Shown here: in pieces, positions 48,552 to 58,203 of the stretch
How positions within the stretch are numbered: the stretch's first letter is position 1
How the letters are laid out: every line of letters starts with the position of its first letter
Assembly: GCA_963664225.1 (NCBI GenBank)
Contig: OY760937.1
Location: forward strand, 1,024,001 to 1,088,000
DNA: 64,000 nucleotides
DNA from: Verrucomicrobiia bacterium
Lineage (GTDB): Bacteria > Verrucomicrobiota > Verrucomicrobiia > Limisphaerales > UBA1319
Reading direction: 5' to 3'
Made by a program: the position numbers and the translations under genes
The notes under the pieces: generated by a model
Told to the model about the DNA's origin: nothing
Database searches by the model: none
What the model saw: the letters and a program-made list of their open reading frames with translations, nothing else

Positions 48552-50342
48552 ATGACGACCGCGACCAGATCATCAGAATTCAAGCCGCTGAAATTCGGAA
48601 CCAGTGGACTCAGGGACTTGGACGAGAACCTGACCGATTTGGAGGTGTTCACCAACACACGCGGCTTTTTAAAATACCTATTGGAACTGGGGGCAAACCA
48701 TTTGCCAGGGGGCATTCAGCCCGGCAGCAAAGTGGCGCTGGCAGGAGATTATCGTCCGAGTTCCCGCCCTGATAAAATTCCCAGAGCGGTTGCCGCCGCC
48801 ATTTTGGATGCCGGCTGTGTGGTGGCCTATTGCGGCCCGGTGCCCACTCCCGCCGTGATGAATCTGGGAATGGTGCGCGGCATTGCCAGTATCATGGTGA
48901 CCGGCAGTCATATTCCATTTGGCCAGAACGGCATTAAATTCAACCGCCCGGATGGGGAGATTCTGAAATCGGAAGAGGCATCCATACTCGCGCATGTGGC
49001 GGAGGTGCGCGTCCGGGTGGCCGAGCAGCAAACACGAGAACCGCTGTTTGATTCCAAGGGAGCTTTCATGCCGGTCAAATCACTAGGCGTGACGCACATG
49101 ACCTTATTGTCTCACGCGTCGGAATCCTTGCGCAAACCCGATGCCCGGGCGGCTTCGGAGTTCGTAAACCGGTATCTACAGGAGTTCGGCTCCGAAGCAC
49201 TGCGGGGGCTGGAATTGGTGTTTTTCAAACAATCCGCCGTGGGGCGCGATATTTTACCCGCCATTTTTCGTGGCTTGGGCGCAGTCGTATCCGAGGTTGG
49301 TGCGCTGAACGTCGAGGCGGGCGAATTCCTGCCCGTAGACACGGAAAAAATGGAGGAATCGGTCCGCGCCGATTTGCGAACTTTGGCTCGCGAACATGCC
49401 GAGCGCACCGGTCGAAAGCCATTTGCAGTGTTGAGTGCGGATGGCGATTCGGATCGCCCCGTGTTCTGCGATGAAAATGGCGAATTCGTTCCCGGCGACC
49501 AATTGGGTGTGCTGGCCTCCTTGTATCTCAAGCCTTCCTTCGTGGCGCTGCCCATTACCTGCAACAGCGCCGCCGTGGAAGCCCTGCAAAGTTTTGCGAC
49601 CGTGGTCCAAACCAAAGTTGGATCTCCCTACATCAATAAGGCCATGCAGGACCAACTGGCGCTTGATCCCCAGGCGCGGGTTGCGGGTTACGAGGCCAAT
49701 GGCGGTTATCTTTTGGGATCGGATTGGCTGTTCGAGGGGAAAACTCTCAAGGCCCTGCCCACGCGCGATAGCGTGCTGCCCATGATCTGTGCATTGCTGC
49801 TGGCGCGTCGTGGAACTGTGACCACGGCCTCCAACAAGACCTTGCGGATCGATAAAGTTTCCGATTTGGCTGGTTTGATCGATCGGCATACCGCGGCAGG
49901 CGTGGTTGATCGCCACGACGGAGTGCCTTACGCATCGGCTGAAACTGGCAAACGCATTGTTGCGGCGCTATGTCCGCAGTCCGGCGCGGTGATGGAAGTT
50001 GATTTCCAGCGGGAAACGGTTCTGCAGATTCCGACTAATACCGGTGGCAAAGTGAAATCAGCCGGGCAGGTTCTCAATCCAATGCTGTTCGAAGAATTGG
50101 AATCCATTCGGAAAAAGCTCTCCCATTACTTCCTGCCGGGGATGGGGTATTCGACCATTTCGAAGATCAATTATCTCGATGGCGTCCGAATTTATTTTGC
50201 CGACGGCGACATTGTTCAACTGCGGCCGTCGGGTAACGCGCCAGAGTTCCGGTTTTATACGGAGGCCGCCAGCGCAAGCCGGGCGCAGGAGATGTGTGGC
50301 CAACGCGTTGATATTGTTCGCCGGATGATCGAGAGTTTGTAA
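48552..50342 (+). CDS. manB: Phosphomannomutase (alpha-D-phosphohexomutase)
   Basis: FGTSGLR, VTGSHIP, DGDSDR, GYEANGG, LRPSGNAPE. Confidence 0.88.
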   Translation: MTTATRSSEFKPLKFGTSGLRDLDENLTDLEVFTNTRGFLKYLLELGANHLPGGIQPGSKVALAGDYRPSSRPDKIPRAVAAAILDAGCVVAYCGPVPTPAVMNLGMVRGIASIMVTGSHIPFGQNGIKFNRPDGEILKSEEASILAHVAEVRVRVAEQQTREPLFDSKGAFMPVKSLGVTHMTLLSHASESLRKPDARAASEFVNRYLQEFGSEALRGLELVFFKQSAVGRDILPAIFRGLGAVVSEVGALNVEAGEFLPVDTEKMEESVRADLRTLAREHAERTGRKPFAVLSADGDSDRPVFCDENGEFVPGDQLGVLASLYLKPSFVALPITCNSAAVEALQSFATVVQTKVGSPYINKAMQDQLALDPQARVAGYEANGGYLLGSDWLFEGKTLKALPTRDSVLPMICALLLARRGTVTTASNKTLRIDKVSDLAGLIDRHTAAGVVDRHDGVPYASAETGKRIVAALCPQSGAVMEVDFQRETVLQIPTNTGGKVKSAGQVLNPMLFEELESIRKKLSHYFLPGMGYSTISKINYLDGVRIYFADGDIVQLRPSGNAPEFRFYTEAASASRAQEMCGQRVDIVRRMIESL

Positions 50343-50388
50343 GGTTTTCAGCGTTTGAATTGATTTTGCACCGCTCAAGCTCACTTTA

Positions 50389-50937
50389 ATGAAACCGTGG
50401 AAGACACTTGGACGGCAGGAGATTTGCCATCCGAATCCATTTTTAAAGGTCGAACTGCATAGTGTCGAACTGCCTGGTGGGCGGCGGATTGAGGATTGGC
50501 CGTGGGTGATTACGCCGGAATTCGCGGTGATGTTGGTTAGGGACACAGAGGGCTGGTTTTTGTGTTTTCGGCAAACAAAATATGCGGTGGAAGGGACGAC
50601 GCTTGCACCGGTGGGCGGTTTTCTGGAGCCGGGTGAGGATCCCCTGGCTGGCGCGCAGAGGGAACTCATGGAGGAAACGGGCTATACGGCCGGGAAATGG
50701 AAATCGCTTGGGAAGTACCCTGTGGACGCGAACAGGGGCTGCGGTGTGGCGCATTTGTTTGTGGCCTGGGATGCAGAGAAGTCCGGGGAAAGTGGCGAGG
50801 GGGATTTGGAGGAACAGGAGCTGGTGCTTTTGACGCATGAGCAAATGTCCGATGCTCTGGTGGACGGCCAATTCAAGGCGCTGCCCTGGATCGCTGTCGT
50901 GGCGCTGGGCCTGCGGTATCTGGAAACGCATTCCTGA
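50389..50937 (+). CDS. NUDIX hydrolase (ADP-ribose/NDP-sugar pyrophosphatase-like)
   Basis: Nudix box GFLEPGEDPLAGAQRELMEETGY. Confidence 0.9.
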   Translation: MKPWKTLGRQEICHPNPFLKVELHSVELPGGRRIEDWPWVITPEFAVMLVRDTEGWFLCFRQTKYAVEGTTLAPVGGFLEPGEDPLAGAQRELMEETGYTAGKWKSLGKYPVDANRGCGVAHLFVAWDAEKSGESGEGDLEEQELVLLTHEQMSDALVDGQFKALPWIAVVALGLRYLETHS

Positions 50938-51010
50938 TTGGAGCAGGGGTCAAATATCGCCCGGCATGTGTTGACGCTTTCCGTGGGTGGATTAAGAATG
51001 GGCCATTCCT

Positions 51011-52333
51011 ATGAGCAATGACAAAAGCAGGACACTCTCGCGGCGTCGGTTTCTGAAACAGATGACGATGGGGGCCAGCGCGGTGGCGCTGCCTTATTTT
51101 ATTCCGGCGTCCGCACTGGGGCGTGACGGCTATGTTCCGCCCAGCGAGCGCATCGTGATGGGCGGCATTGGCATGGGGGGGCGCGGTTCTTATGATCTGG
51201 GCTGCATGCTGGCGGAGCCGGATGTGCAGTGGGTTGCCGTTTGCGATGTTGTGAAAGGCAAGCGCGAAGCGGCGAAGAACACTGTGGACGGTAAGTATGG
51301 CAACAAGGATTGCGCCGTGTATGGCGATATGCGGCAGCTTCTGGCACGCACGGACATCGATGCCGTGTTGATTGCCACCGGGGACCGCTGGCACGCGCTG
51401 GCTTCGGTGATGGCGATGCGGGCGGGCAAGGATGTTTATTGTGAGAAGCCGGCCTGCCTGACGATGGCGCAGGGACAATTGGTTGTGGAAACCGCCCGCC
51501 GGTACGCCCGGGTTTACCAGACGGGCGCCCAACGGCTCAGCGAGCCGAATCATGTTTTTGCCATTGAATTGGCCAGGTCCGGCCGACTGGGTCCGATTCA
51601 TACCGCTTATGCGGACATTCGTTGGCGCGACGGGTCGCGTCAGGACTGGCTGCCGGCGGAACCGGAACCGTCCAAGGATGAACTGGACTGGGATTTATTC
51701 CTCGGTCCCAGTCCGTGGAGGCCGTACAACAGCGGCTATCTGAATTCGGGGTGGTATCATTATTATGATTTCGCCACGGATGTTGCCATGTGGGGCGCGC
51801 ACTCGGTGACCCAGGCTTTGGCCGGGCTCGATATGACGAATGTTTCCAGCATCGAGTTCGAGTACGCGGGGCCGGATGAGACGATGGTGACGCATTTGTC
51901 CAACGGGGTGAAGCTGGTGCTGTTCCGGGTGAGCGGGTCGGTTTGGGAACCGTGCAAGTACTGGCATGGCGCCTGCGGGGAGCGGTTCGATGGCCCCGAG
52001 GGATGGGCTGGGGCTGCGGACGGTTATTCGCAAACGGATGTGTCATCCCCGGCGCTGTTGCGTGAATACAGGAAGGTGATCACGGAATACACGGGTCGGA
52101 CACAACGGTCGATGAGCCATTTGCGTGATTTCTTCGATTGCATCCACTCGCGCCAACTCACGGTGGCAAACCCTGAAGTCATGTGCCGGTCCATGCACAT
52201 CTGTCTGGCCGCCGACATTAGCGGGCAATTGAAACGAAACCTGAAGTTCGATCTAATCAAAGCCGAGTTTTTGGGCGATCCCGAGGCCAACCGGTTGAGG
52301 TCCCGCGCGATGCGGGTTCCTTATTCGATTTGA
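51011..52333 (+). CDS. Tat-exported Gfo/Idh/MocA oxidoreductase
   Basis: SRRRFLK Tat motif, GIGMGGRG, DAVLIATGDRWH, KDVYCEKP. Confidence 0.88.
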   Translation: MSNDKSRTLSRRRFLKQMTMGASAVALPYFIPASALGRDGYVPPSERIVMGGIGMGGRGSYDLGCMLAEPDVQWVAVCDVVKGKREAAKNTVDGKYGNKDCAVYGDMRQLLARTDIDAVLIATGDRWHALASVMAMRAGKDVYCEKPACLTMAQGQLVVETARRYARVYQTGAQRLSEPNHVFAIELARSGRLGPIHTAYADIRWRDGSRQDWLPAEPEPSKDELDWDLFLGPSPWRPYNSGYLNSGWYHYYDFATDVAMWGAHSVTQALAGLDMTNVSSIEFEYAGPDETMVTHLSNGVKLVLFRVSGSVWEPCKYWHGACGERFDGPEGWAGAADGYSQTDVSSPALLREYRKVITEYTGRTQRSMSHLRDFFDCIHSRQLTVANPEVMCRSMHICLAADISGQLKRNLKFDLIKAEFLGDPEANRLRSRAMRVPYSI

Positions 52334-52436
52334 TTCAACCATCCGGAAACCAAACCTTGGTTTTGCCTGCGATAACGCTTTCTTCGTGTGCGGGCTGAAC
52401 AAAAGGATGGTTTTTGGGAAAAATGCGGACTAATTT

Positions 52437-53078
52437 TTGAGTGTGATTGCGTTGATTGATTATGGATCGGGCAACTTGAGGAGCGTCGAAAAGGCGCTGC
52501 GGTTTGTCGGGGCGGACGTTCAAGTGGTCAGTGAACCCTCGGGTCTGCGCCATGCCCGGGCGGTGGTGCTTCCAGGGGTGGGGGCGTTCGACGACTGCAT
52601 TACCGCTTTATCGCGCCAGGGATTGTGCGATCCCATCCGCGAGTTTATTGCCTCGAACCGGCCTTTTTTGGGGATTTGCGTGGGCTATCAGGCGTTGTTT
52701 GAGCGGAGCGAGGAATTTGAGAGCAAAGCGGCTGGATTGGGTGTTTTCCATGGCAAAGTGGTCCGTTTTACCGAGCGGAAAGGATTGAAAATCCCGCAAA
52801 TCGGGTGGAATCAGATTGCCATAACACAGGCTGATTGTCCTCTGTATAAAGGGATTAAGGATGGCAGCTACGTCTATTTCGTTCACAGCTATTATCCGCA
52901 ACCGCTGGATGCCTCGATCATGGCCACCCGCACGGTCTATGGAGAAGCGTTTGCGTCATCCGTGTGTAAGGGGAACATCTTTGCGACCCAGTTTCATCCC
53001 GAGAAAAGCCAGGAAGTGGGATTGTGCCTATTGAAGAACTTTGTGGAACTGGCGGGAGCGAAGCGGGTCCAGGCGTGA
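52437..53078 (+). CDS. hisH: Imidazole glycerol phosphate synthase glutamine amidotransferase subunit
   Basis: DYGSGNLRSV, LPGVGAF, GICVGYQ, YFVHSY, QFHPEKS. Confidence 0.95.
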   Translation: MSVIALIDYGSGNLRSVEKALRFVGADVQVVSEPSGLRHARAVVLPGVGAFDDCITALSRQGLCDPIREFIASNRPFLGICVGYQALFERSEEFESKAAGLGVFHGKVVRFTERKGLKIPQIGWNQIAITQADCPLYKGIKDGSYVYFVHSYYPQPLDASIMATRTVYGEAFASSVCKGNIFATQFHPEKSQEVGLCLLKNFVELAGAKRVQA

Positions 53079-53129
53079 AGTAGTTTTCAACTTAAGTGAC
53101 GAAAAACCCTAAAAATGCCCTTTTGGCAT

Positions 53130-53171
53130 TTGACAGTCGTTATGAGGCGATGTAAATACAATGTAGATACA
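53130..53171 (+). promoter_or_regulatory. Promoter with tandem TGTAnnTACA palindromic operators
   Basis: TTGACA(53130)-N17-TAAATA; TGTAAATACA at 53151-53160 and TGTAGATACA at 53162-53171 overlap the -10 region. Confidence 0.55.
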
Positions 53172-53203
53172 ATGAATGGGCAAATGATTTACAATTGAGC
53201 AAT

Positions 53204-53491
53204 ATGGAGTTCGATTGGAACGATTTGTCCTTTGAATTGGATAGTTCTTTGACGCCACGAGATATTGAAGAGTCGTTCGAGGATCCGTTTGCGATCAAGT
53301 TGCTGCCTGATTCGTCGCGATTTTCGGTGCAGGCCCGTTTTTTTAACTTGGGAAAGGCGGCGACTGGCAAAGGCATATTCAGTGTCTATCGAACCAACGG
53401 AAAGACGTTTCGGGTGATTTATGCGCGGTTCTTTGTGCCTGAAGAGCAGTTTTTCTATCAGCGCAAAGTGAACCAGTCTTTGAATCCGTAA
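53204..53491 (+). CDS. BrnT/DUF497-like toxin-fold protein
   Basis: MEFDW start, EE.FEDP, RF..LG, VY.....FRVIYAR....E..FY. Confidence 0.7.
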   Translation: MEFDWNDLSFELDSSLTPRDIEESFEDPFAIKLLPDSSRFSVQARFFNLGKAATGKGIFSVYRTNGKTFRVIYARFFVPEEQFFYQRKVNQSLNP

Positions 53492-53631
53492 GAACCAGGA
53501 TTGCAGTAAGGCAGGATGGGTTCGCGGGATGAAGCGTGGTGAGACGATTTGGGGTTCAGGGTTAGTGATGTGGTTTACCAGTGGGTTGGCTGCCTACAAC
53601 CTGCTGGTAAGACCATAACTGAGAATTCGCC

Positions 53632-53940
53632 ATGAATGAGATTAGCAATTGGGACGAGGTGCCGCTGTTCGACCGGGAAGAAGCGGAGGCAGCGTTTTGG
53701 GCGGAGAATCGGCCGAATTTGCGGTTGATGGAGAATTCAGTTGCCGCAGGCATGGAAAATGCTGAATCTGTAACCATCACCTTGCGCATGGACCCGCGAA
53801 TGCTCGGTAAAATCAAGCGGCTGGCCCGGCTGCGGTATTTGAATTATCAGAGCATGATCAAACAATGGTTGAGCGAACGGCTCGAGCAGGAATTTAGAGA
53901 TCGGCAGGGCGGATCTGGATTCGGGCGGGATTTCAGTTGA
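53632..53940 (+). CDS. CopG/BrnA-like antitoxin (RHH)
   Basis: VP.F..EEAEAAFW, ITLRM....L.KIKRLA....LNYQSMIKQWLSERL. Confidence 0.8.
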   Translation: MNEISNWDEVPLFDREEAEAAFWAENRPNLRLMENSVAAGMENAESVTITLRMDPRMLGKIKRLARLRYLNYQSMIKQWLSERLEQEFRDRQGGSGFGRDFS

Positions 53941-54033
53941 AAAAATTCACGCTTACCCATTGACTCTGACGTTCTTCCAGTGATGGGGTGTGAACAAATG
54001 GCCTGAGGTATTTGAAAAGAAGAATGGAATGCG

Positions 54034-54693
54034 ATGACAGATAAGACGAAAATGAAGCAGCGGACCCGCAAACGGGGTTTTACGCTGGTGGAGATGTTGG
54101 TGGTCATATCGATCATTGGCGTGCTGGCGTCCATGGTTGTGGGTCTGGCCGGCGGGGCGACCAAACAATCACGCATGAAACGCGTGAAATCGGATTTGCA
54201 GAACATCGTCACAGCTATCGATCGTTTCAAGTCCAAGTATGGATCTTACCCGCCGGATAACGGGCGCGTGACGGTCAGCGGTGGGCAGACCAATTACCTG
54301 GCGGTGCCCAATCAGCTTTTTTATGAGTTGGTGGGATCGGTGCACCGGCTGAATGCGGCTGGACAATCGGAGTTTTACGTTCCACAGCTTGGTTTGACCG
54401 CCAAACAAGGCGACATCAAGACGTGGTTTGGAGTGGAAGGATTTGTCAATGCCACTGAGAACATGAAGGATGTGGAGAATTTTCTTCCCAATTTCAAGAC
54501 CAATGACGTGGCCCGGATTCCCATGACCACGCAAACGCCTTTGGTGGGTTTGCGCGTGGCGGTGAAAAATCCGGGGACCAATGAGAATTTCTGGTATTAC
54601 CGCAGCACGAATCCAACAAACAACCCCACCAGCTACGATCTGTGGGCGGTTGTGGTGATTGGCAAAAACACAAACATCATCAGCAACTGGTAG
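54034..54693 (+). CDS. Prepilin-type (GspG-like) pseudopilin
   Basis: RG|FTLVEMLVVISIIGVLA; C-terminal SYDLW. Confidence 0.85.
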   Translation: MTDKTKMKQRTRKRGFTLVEMLVVISIIGVLASMVVGLAGGATKQSRMKRVKSDLQNIVTAIDRFKSKYGSYPPDNGRVTVSGGQTNYLAVPNQLFYELVGSVHRLNAAGQSEFYVPQLGLTAKQGDIKTWFGVEGFVNATENMKDVENFLPNFKTNDVARIPMTTQTPLVGLRVAVKNPGTNENFWYYRSTNPTNNPTSYDLWAVVVIGKNTNIISNW

Positions 54694-54708
54694 AGAAGAG
54701 AGACGACC

Positions 54709-55560
54709 ATGCATTCGCAATTTTCAATTATGAAAAGAAACGCAGACATTCGTTTATATCGTCAGCGAGGTTTCACGCTGATCGAACTTCTGGTGGTCAT
54801 CAGCATCATAGGCATCCTGGCGGGAATGACTTTGCCCGCGGTCGTCGGCGTGCAGAAGAAGGCGAAGATCAAGGTCGCCCAGATTGAGATCAACAACATC
54901 ATGAGCGCGGTGACGGCCTATTACGGGGCGTATAACCGGTATCCCTGCACCAAGGAGGCGCTCGACGCGGTGAGCCAGACGCCCGTGAATTGCCCTGATT
55001 TCACCTTCGGCATTCTCTCCACCATGAGCTATTCGAACAAATTTGGCCGCATTCAGATGGCGATTCAAAACGATTACAACAATGGCGCGGTTTCCTATCA
55101 GGACGACAACCGCGAGGTGATCGCGATATTGCGGGATACCATAACGGTGCAAACGCCGGGATCGGGCGGGGTCATCATTAACGCCAATCATTCGCGCAAT
55201 CCGGAGCGCAATCCGTTCTTGAATGTCAAAGACGTCTCCTCCATTTCGGGGCCGGGTGTCGGGCCGGATGGTGTCTATCGTGATCCCTGGGGTTCACCCT
55301 ATATCATCACGCTGGATTTGAACTATGACAACCAGTGCCGGGATGCGTTTTATCGGAGGGATGCGGTTTCGGCGGACACGGGGGACCGTGGATTCAACGG
55401 GCTGTTTCGCGTGAAGCAGGCGAACAACACGGCGATTGCGAATGGCTTTGAGGCGAAGGCGTCTGTGATGGTGTGGTCGCTGGGACCGGATGGCAAGGCG
55501 GACATGAACCTCAAGGCGGGTGTGGGTGTGAATAAGGATAATGTGTTGGGTTGGAAATAG
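54709..55560 (+). CDS. Prepilin-type (GspG-like) pseudopilin
   Basis: RG|FTLIELLVVISIIGILA; DPWGSPY; WSLGPDG. Confidence 0.85.
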   Translation: MHSQFSIMKRNADIRLYRQRGFTLIELLVVISIIGILAGMTLPAVVGVQKKAKIKVAQIEINNIMSAVTAYYGAYNRYPCTKEALDAVSQTPVNCPDFTFGILSTMSYSNKFGRIQMAIQNDYNNGAVSYQDDNREVIAILRDTITVQTPGSGGVIINANHSRNPERNPFLNVKDVSSISGPGVGPDGVYRDPWGSPYIITLDLNYDNQCRDAFYRRDAVSADTGDRGFNGLFRVKQANNTAIANGFEAKASVMVWSLGPDGKADMNLKAGVGVNKDNVLGWK

Positions 55561-55604
55561 GAGACGCCAGCCAGGCTGGCGGCTCACGTTGGAAAAGTTG
55601 TTAC

Positions 55605-56426
55605 ATGAACACTCAATGGAATCCAGATGACCCGCGCGTGAAGCGGGGAGGGGCGTTCAGCCTGATCGAACTGCTGGTCGTCATGGGGCTCATGGGGATG
55701 CTGGCGGCGATCGGTCTGCCGGCGCTGAAAGGGTTGGGCCAATCCAATGCGATGTCGGCGGCCAATCGGCAATTGCTGGACGATGTCGGTCTGGCGCGCG
55801 CCATGGCGATCAAGAACCGCACGACGGTTTACATGGTGTTTGTGCCGCCGAATCTGGCCGCGTTATTGCCCCGGTTGAGCACTGCGCAGGAGCGCAAGCA
55901 ACTGACGAATTTGAGCGGCGGACAATACGCTGGATATGCCCTGCTGGCCAAGCGAACGGTGGGAGATCAGCCCGGACAGGATCATCCGCGTTATCTCACC
56001 GATTGGCGCAAATTGCCGGAGGGCGTGTTCATCTCGACGAATAAATACGCGCGTTGGGCGCGCAATTCATGGCAGCCGTTTTTGAACACAACCAACCGCC
56101 CATTCGCTTATTACGACCAACCGGCGGGAGACCCCGGGCTTCCATTTCCGACGTCCACCAGCCCCCGATGGCCGCTGCCTTACATCGCTTTCAATTCCGC
56201 GGGGCAACTAACGCGTCCAACACATGATGGCACCCCGTTGAAGGACGAGATCATTCCTTTAACGCGCGGCAGTATTTTTTACGTTCGGGACAATGCGGGC
56301 CAGATCACCTTGGGAACGCCAGATGTTCAGGAAACACCTCCAGGCAACAGCACGAATATGTTCAATTACATTCACATCGACTGGATGACCGGACGGCCCA
56401 GAGTCGAGAAACAGGAGATACGATGA
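55605..56426 (+). CDS. Minor pseudopilin (GspH/FimT-like, Verru_Chthon cassette D-like)
   Basis: GA|FSLIELLVVM; ARAMAI; IAFNSAG; DWMTGR. Confidence 0.75.
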   Translation: MNTQWNPDDPRVKRGGAFSLIELLVVMGLMGMLAAIGLPALKGLGQSNAMSAANRQLLDDVGLARAMAIKNRTTVYMVFVPPNLAALLPRLSTAQERKQLTNLSGGQYAGYALLAKRTVGDQPGQDHPRYLTDWRKLPEGVFISTNKYARWARNSWQPFLNTTNRPFAYYDQPAGDPGLPFPTSTSPRWPLPYIAFNSAGQLTRPTHDGTPLKDEIIPLTRGSIFYVRDNAGQITLGTPDVQETPPGNSTNMFNYIHIDWMTGRPRVEKQEIR

Positions 56427-57256
56427 ACCTGTTTGTTGCGAGCGGAAAAGCGGGGCTGGATCGGGGTGTGAAGACCGGCATGCGATCTGGCTTGAGCGGG
56501 TGGCTTCGACGGGATTGCCGGGCCTTCACGATGATTGAAATTGCCATGTCCCTGGCGATCGTGGGATTTGCGCTGGTGGCAATCATTGGTGTGCTGCCCA
56601 ATGGCGTTCAAGTCCAGAAGAACAATCGGGACGACACGATCATCAATCAGGAGGGGATGATGATTCTGGAAGCCATTCGCAACGGGACCATGAATTTTGG
56701 CACGTTGACGAACATGGTGGACGATGTGGCGGTTTATTGCACGAACAGCCAGGGGGCACCCAAGTCTTACACGAATATTGTATTGAATTCACCGATGCAG
56801 ATCATGGGTTTGCTGAGCATTCCCGTTGGCGCCGTCTATCAAACGAACAAGTCCGGGCCCTCCATGTATGCCACGCAGGTCGTTGCAAAAGTGCGGGCGA
56901 AAACGGGGGTGATCTCCCAGCAGGGGACCAACAAGGATACCCGGGAATTCGCATTCAGCTTTCTCCTACAGCCGGAAATCCGGCCTTTTACAAACTACGG
57001 ATCGTATATGGCGACCAACCAGACCAATCTCCTGAAGGCGGGATTGAGTTTGTATGAATTGAAATTGGTGCTGAGGTGGCCTGTTTATGGTAAACAAGGG
57101 TCCTGGCGGGCGGGGGCGAACCATCAGGTTTTCCGCACGCTGGTTAATGCCAGTGTGACGAACTTCCTCGCAGCGCCCACCAACAACGGCATCTACTGGT
57201 ATTTCTTCGATCCGTACGACAGCCGGTCAACCAACGTGGCGGGGAGTCAGCAATGA
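56423..57256 (+). CDS. Minor pseudopilin (GspI/PilV-like, cassette B-like)
   Basis: RA|FTMIEIAMSLAIVGFALVAIIGVLP.G. Confidence 0.75.
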   Translation: MNLFVASGKAGLDRGVKTGMRSGLSGWLRRDCRAFTMIEIAMSLAIVGFALVAIIGVLPNGVQVQKNNRDDTIINQEGMMILEAIRNGTMNFGTLTNMVDDVAVYCTNSQGAPKSYTNIVLNSPMQIMGLLSIPVGAVYQTNKSGPSMYATQVVAKVRAKTGVISQQGTNKDTREFAFSFLLQPEIRPFTNYGSYMATNQTNLLKAGLSLYELKLVLRWPVYGKQGSWRAGANHQVFRTLVNASVTNFLAAPTNNGIYWYFFDPYDSRSTNVAGSQQ

Positions 57257-58203
57257 AGCGTCCTAATACAAAACATCAGTTCAGCGGGATTGGCATTGTG
57301 CTGAGGACCACGCAGGCCTTTTCGCTGCTGGAAATGATGGTGGTAATGTCCATGTTGACGGTGATCGTGCTGGGCTTGTATAGCGTGTTTGACCACACGC
57401 AAAAGGCATTGCGCAGCAATAACGCGCAGGTGGATGTGATGGAAACCGGACGCGCGGCGATGGATCTCCTGTCCAGGGAATTGGAAGGGGCCATGGCCAC
57501 GGGTCAGATTGGGACCAACACCAATTCTTTTCACATGACCAATACGGTGAGTGTTTACAATACCACCACGCACGACGGCTTCACCATGCGACTCAATGAT
57601 GGAACAGTCCGGACCAACGTGCTGGAGGATGTGTTTTTCATGAGTCGGTCCAACAATTGGTGGACGGGATACGGGTATTTTATCGGGGGGGTATCGAACA
57701 ACTTGATCGTGACCAATCTTGTGTGGAAAAGCGGATTGGGAACGCTCTACCGTTCCACGGTGCAGAATAATCCGCCACTGATGCAATTTCACGATGTCAG
57801 CCAGTTCAACGAATTAGTGCAGAAGTTGAACTTTGGCCACTGGTATTTGACAAACTCGTATCAGATCGCGGATGGCGTGGTGCATTTCCGGGTGCGTCCC
57901 CTGGATGCGGAAGGACAAATCATGGTGCCTTTCTATACGAATATATTTGGATTTCGCGCCACCAATTACAACGTGCTGAACGAGCCCAATCCCATTGCGC
58001 GCGAATACCAGATGCGGTTTGCCAGCAATCAACTACCGGCGTTTATCGAATTGGAGTTGGGTTTGCTGCCGCCGCAAGTGTTGCAACGGGTCAGGGCCAT
58101 TGAAAACGCGGATGCGCAGCGAAACTTTTTGACCAATCAAGCCAACGCCGTTGTGCTTTTCAACAAAGTAATACGGCTTCGGAACGCCCAAAATGAACGG
58201 TAA
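57253..58203 (+). CDS. Minor pseudopilin (GspJ/PilW-like, cassette C-like)
   Basis: QA|FSLLEMMVVM; GRAAMDLLSREL; LPAFIELEL. Confidence 0.75.
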   Translation: MKRPNTKHQFSGIGIVLRTTQAFSLLEMMVVMSMLTVIVLGLYSVFDHTQKALRSNNAQVDVMETGRAAMDLLSRELEGAMATGQIGTNTNSFHMTNTVSVYNTTTHDGFTMRLNDGTVRTNVLEDVFFMSRSNNWWTGYGYFIGGVSNNLIVTNLVWKSGLGTLYRSTVQNNPPLMQFHDVSQFNELVQKLNFGHWYLTNSYQIADGVVHFRVRPLDAEGQIMVPFYTNIFGFRATNYNVLNEPNPIAREYQMRFASNQLPAFIELELGLLPPQVLQRVRAIENADAQRNFLTNQANAVVLFNKVIRLRNAQNER

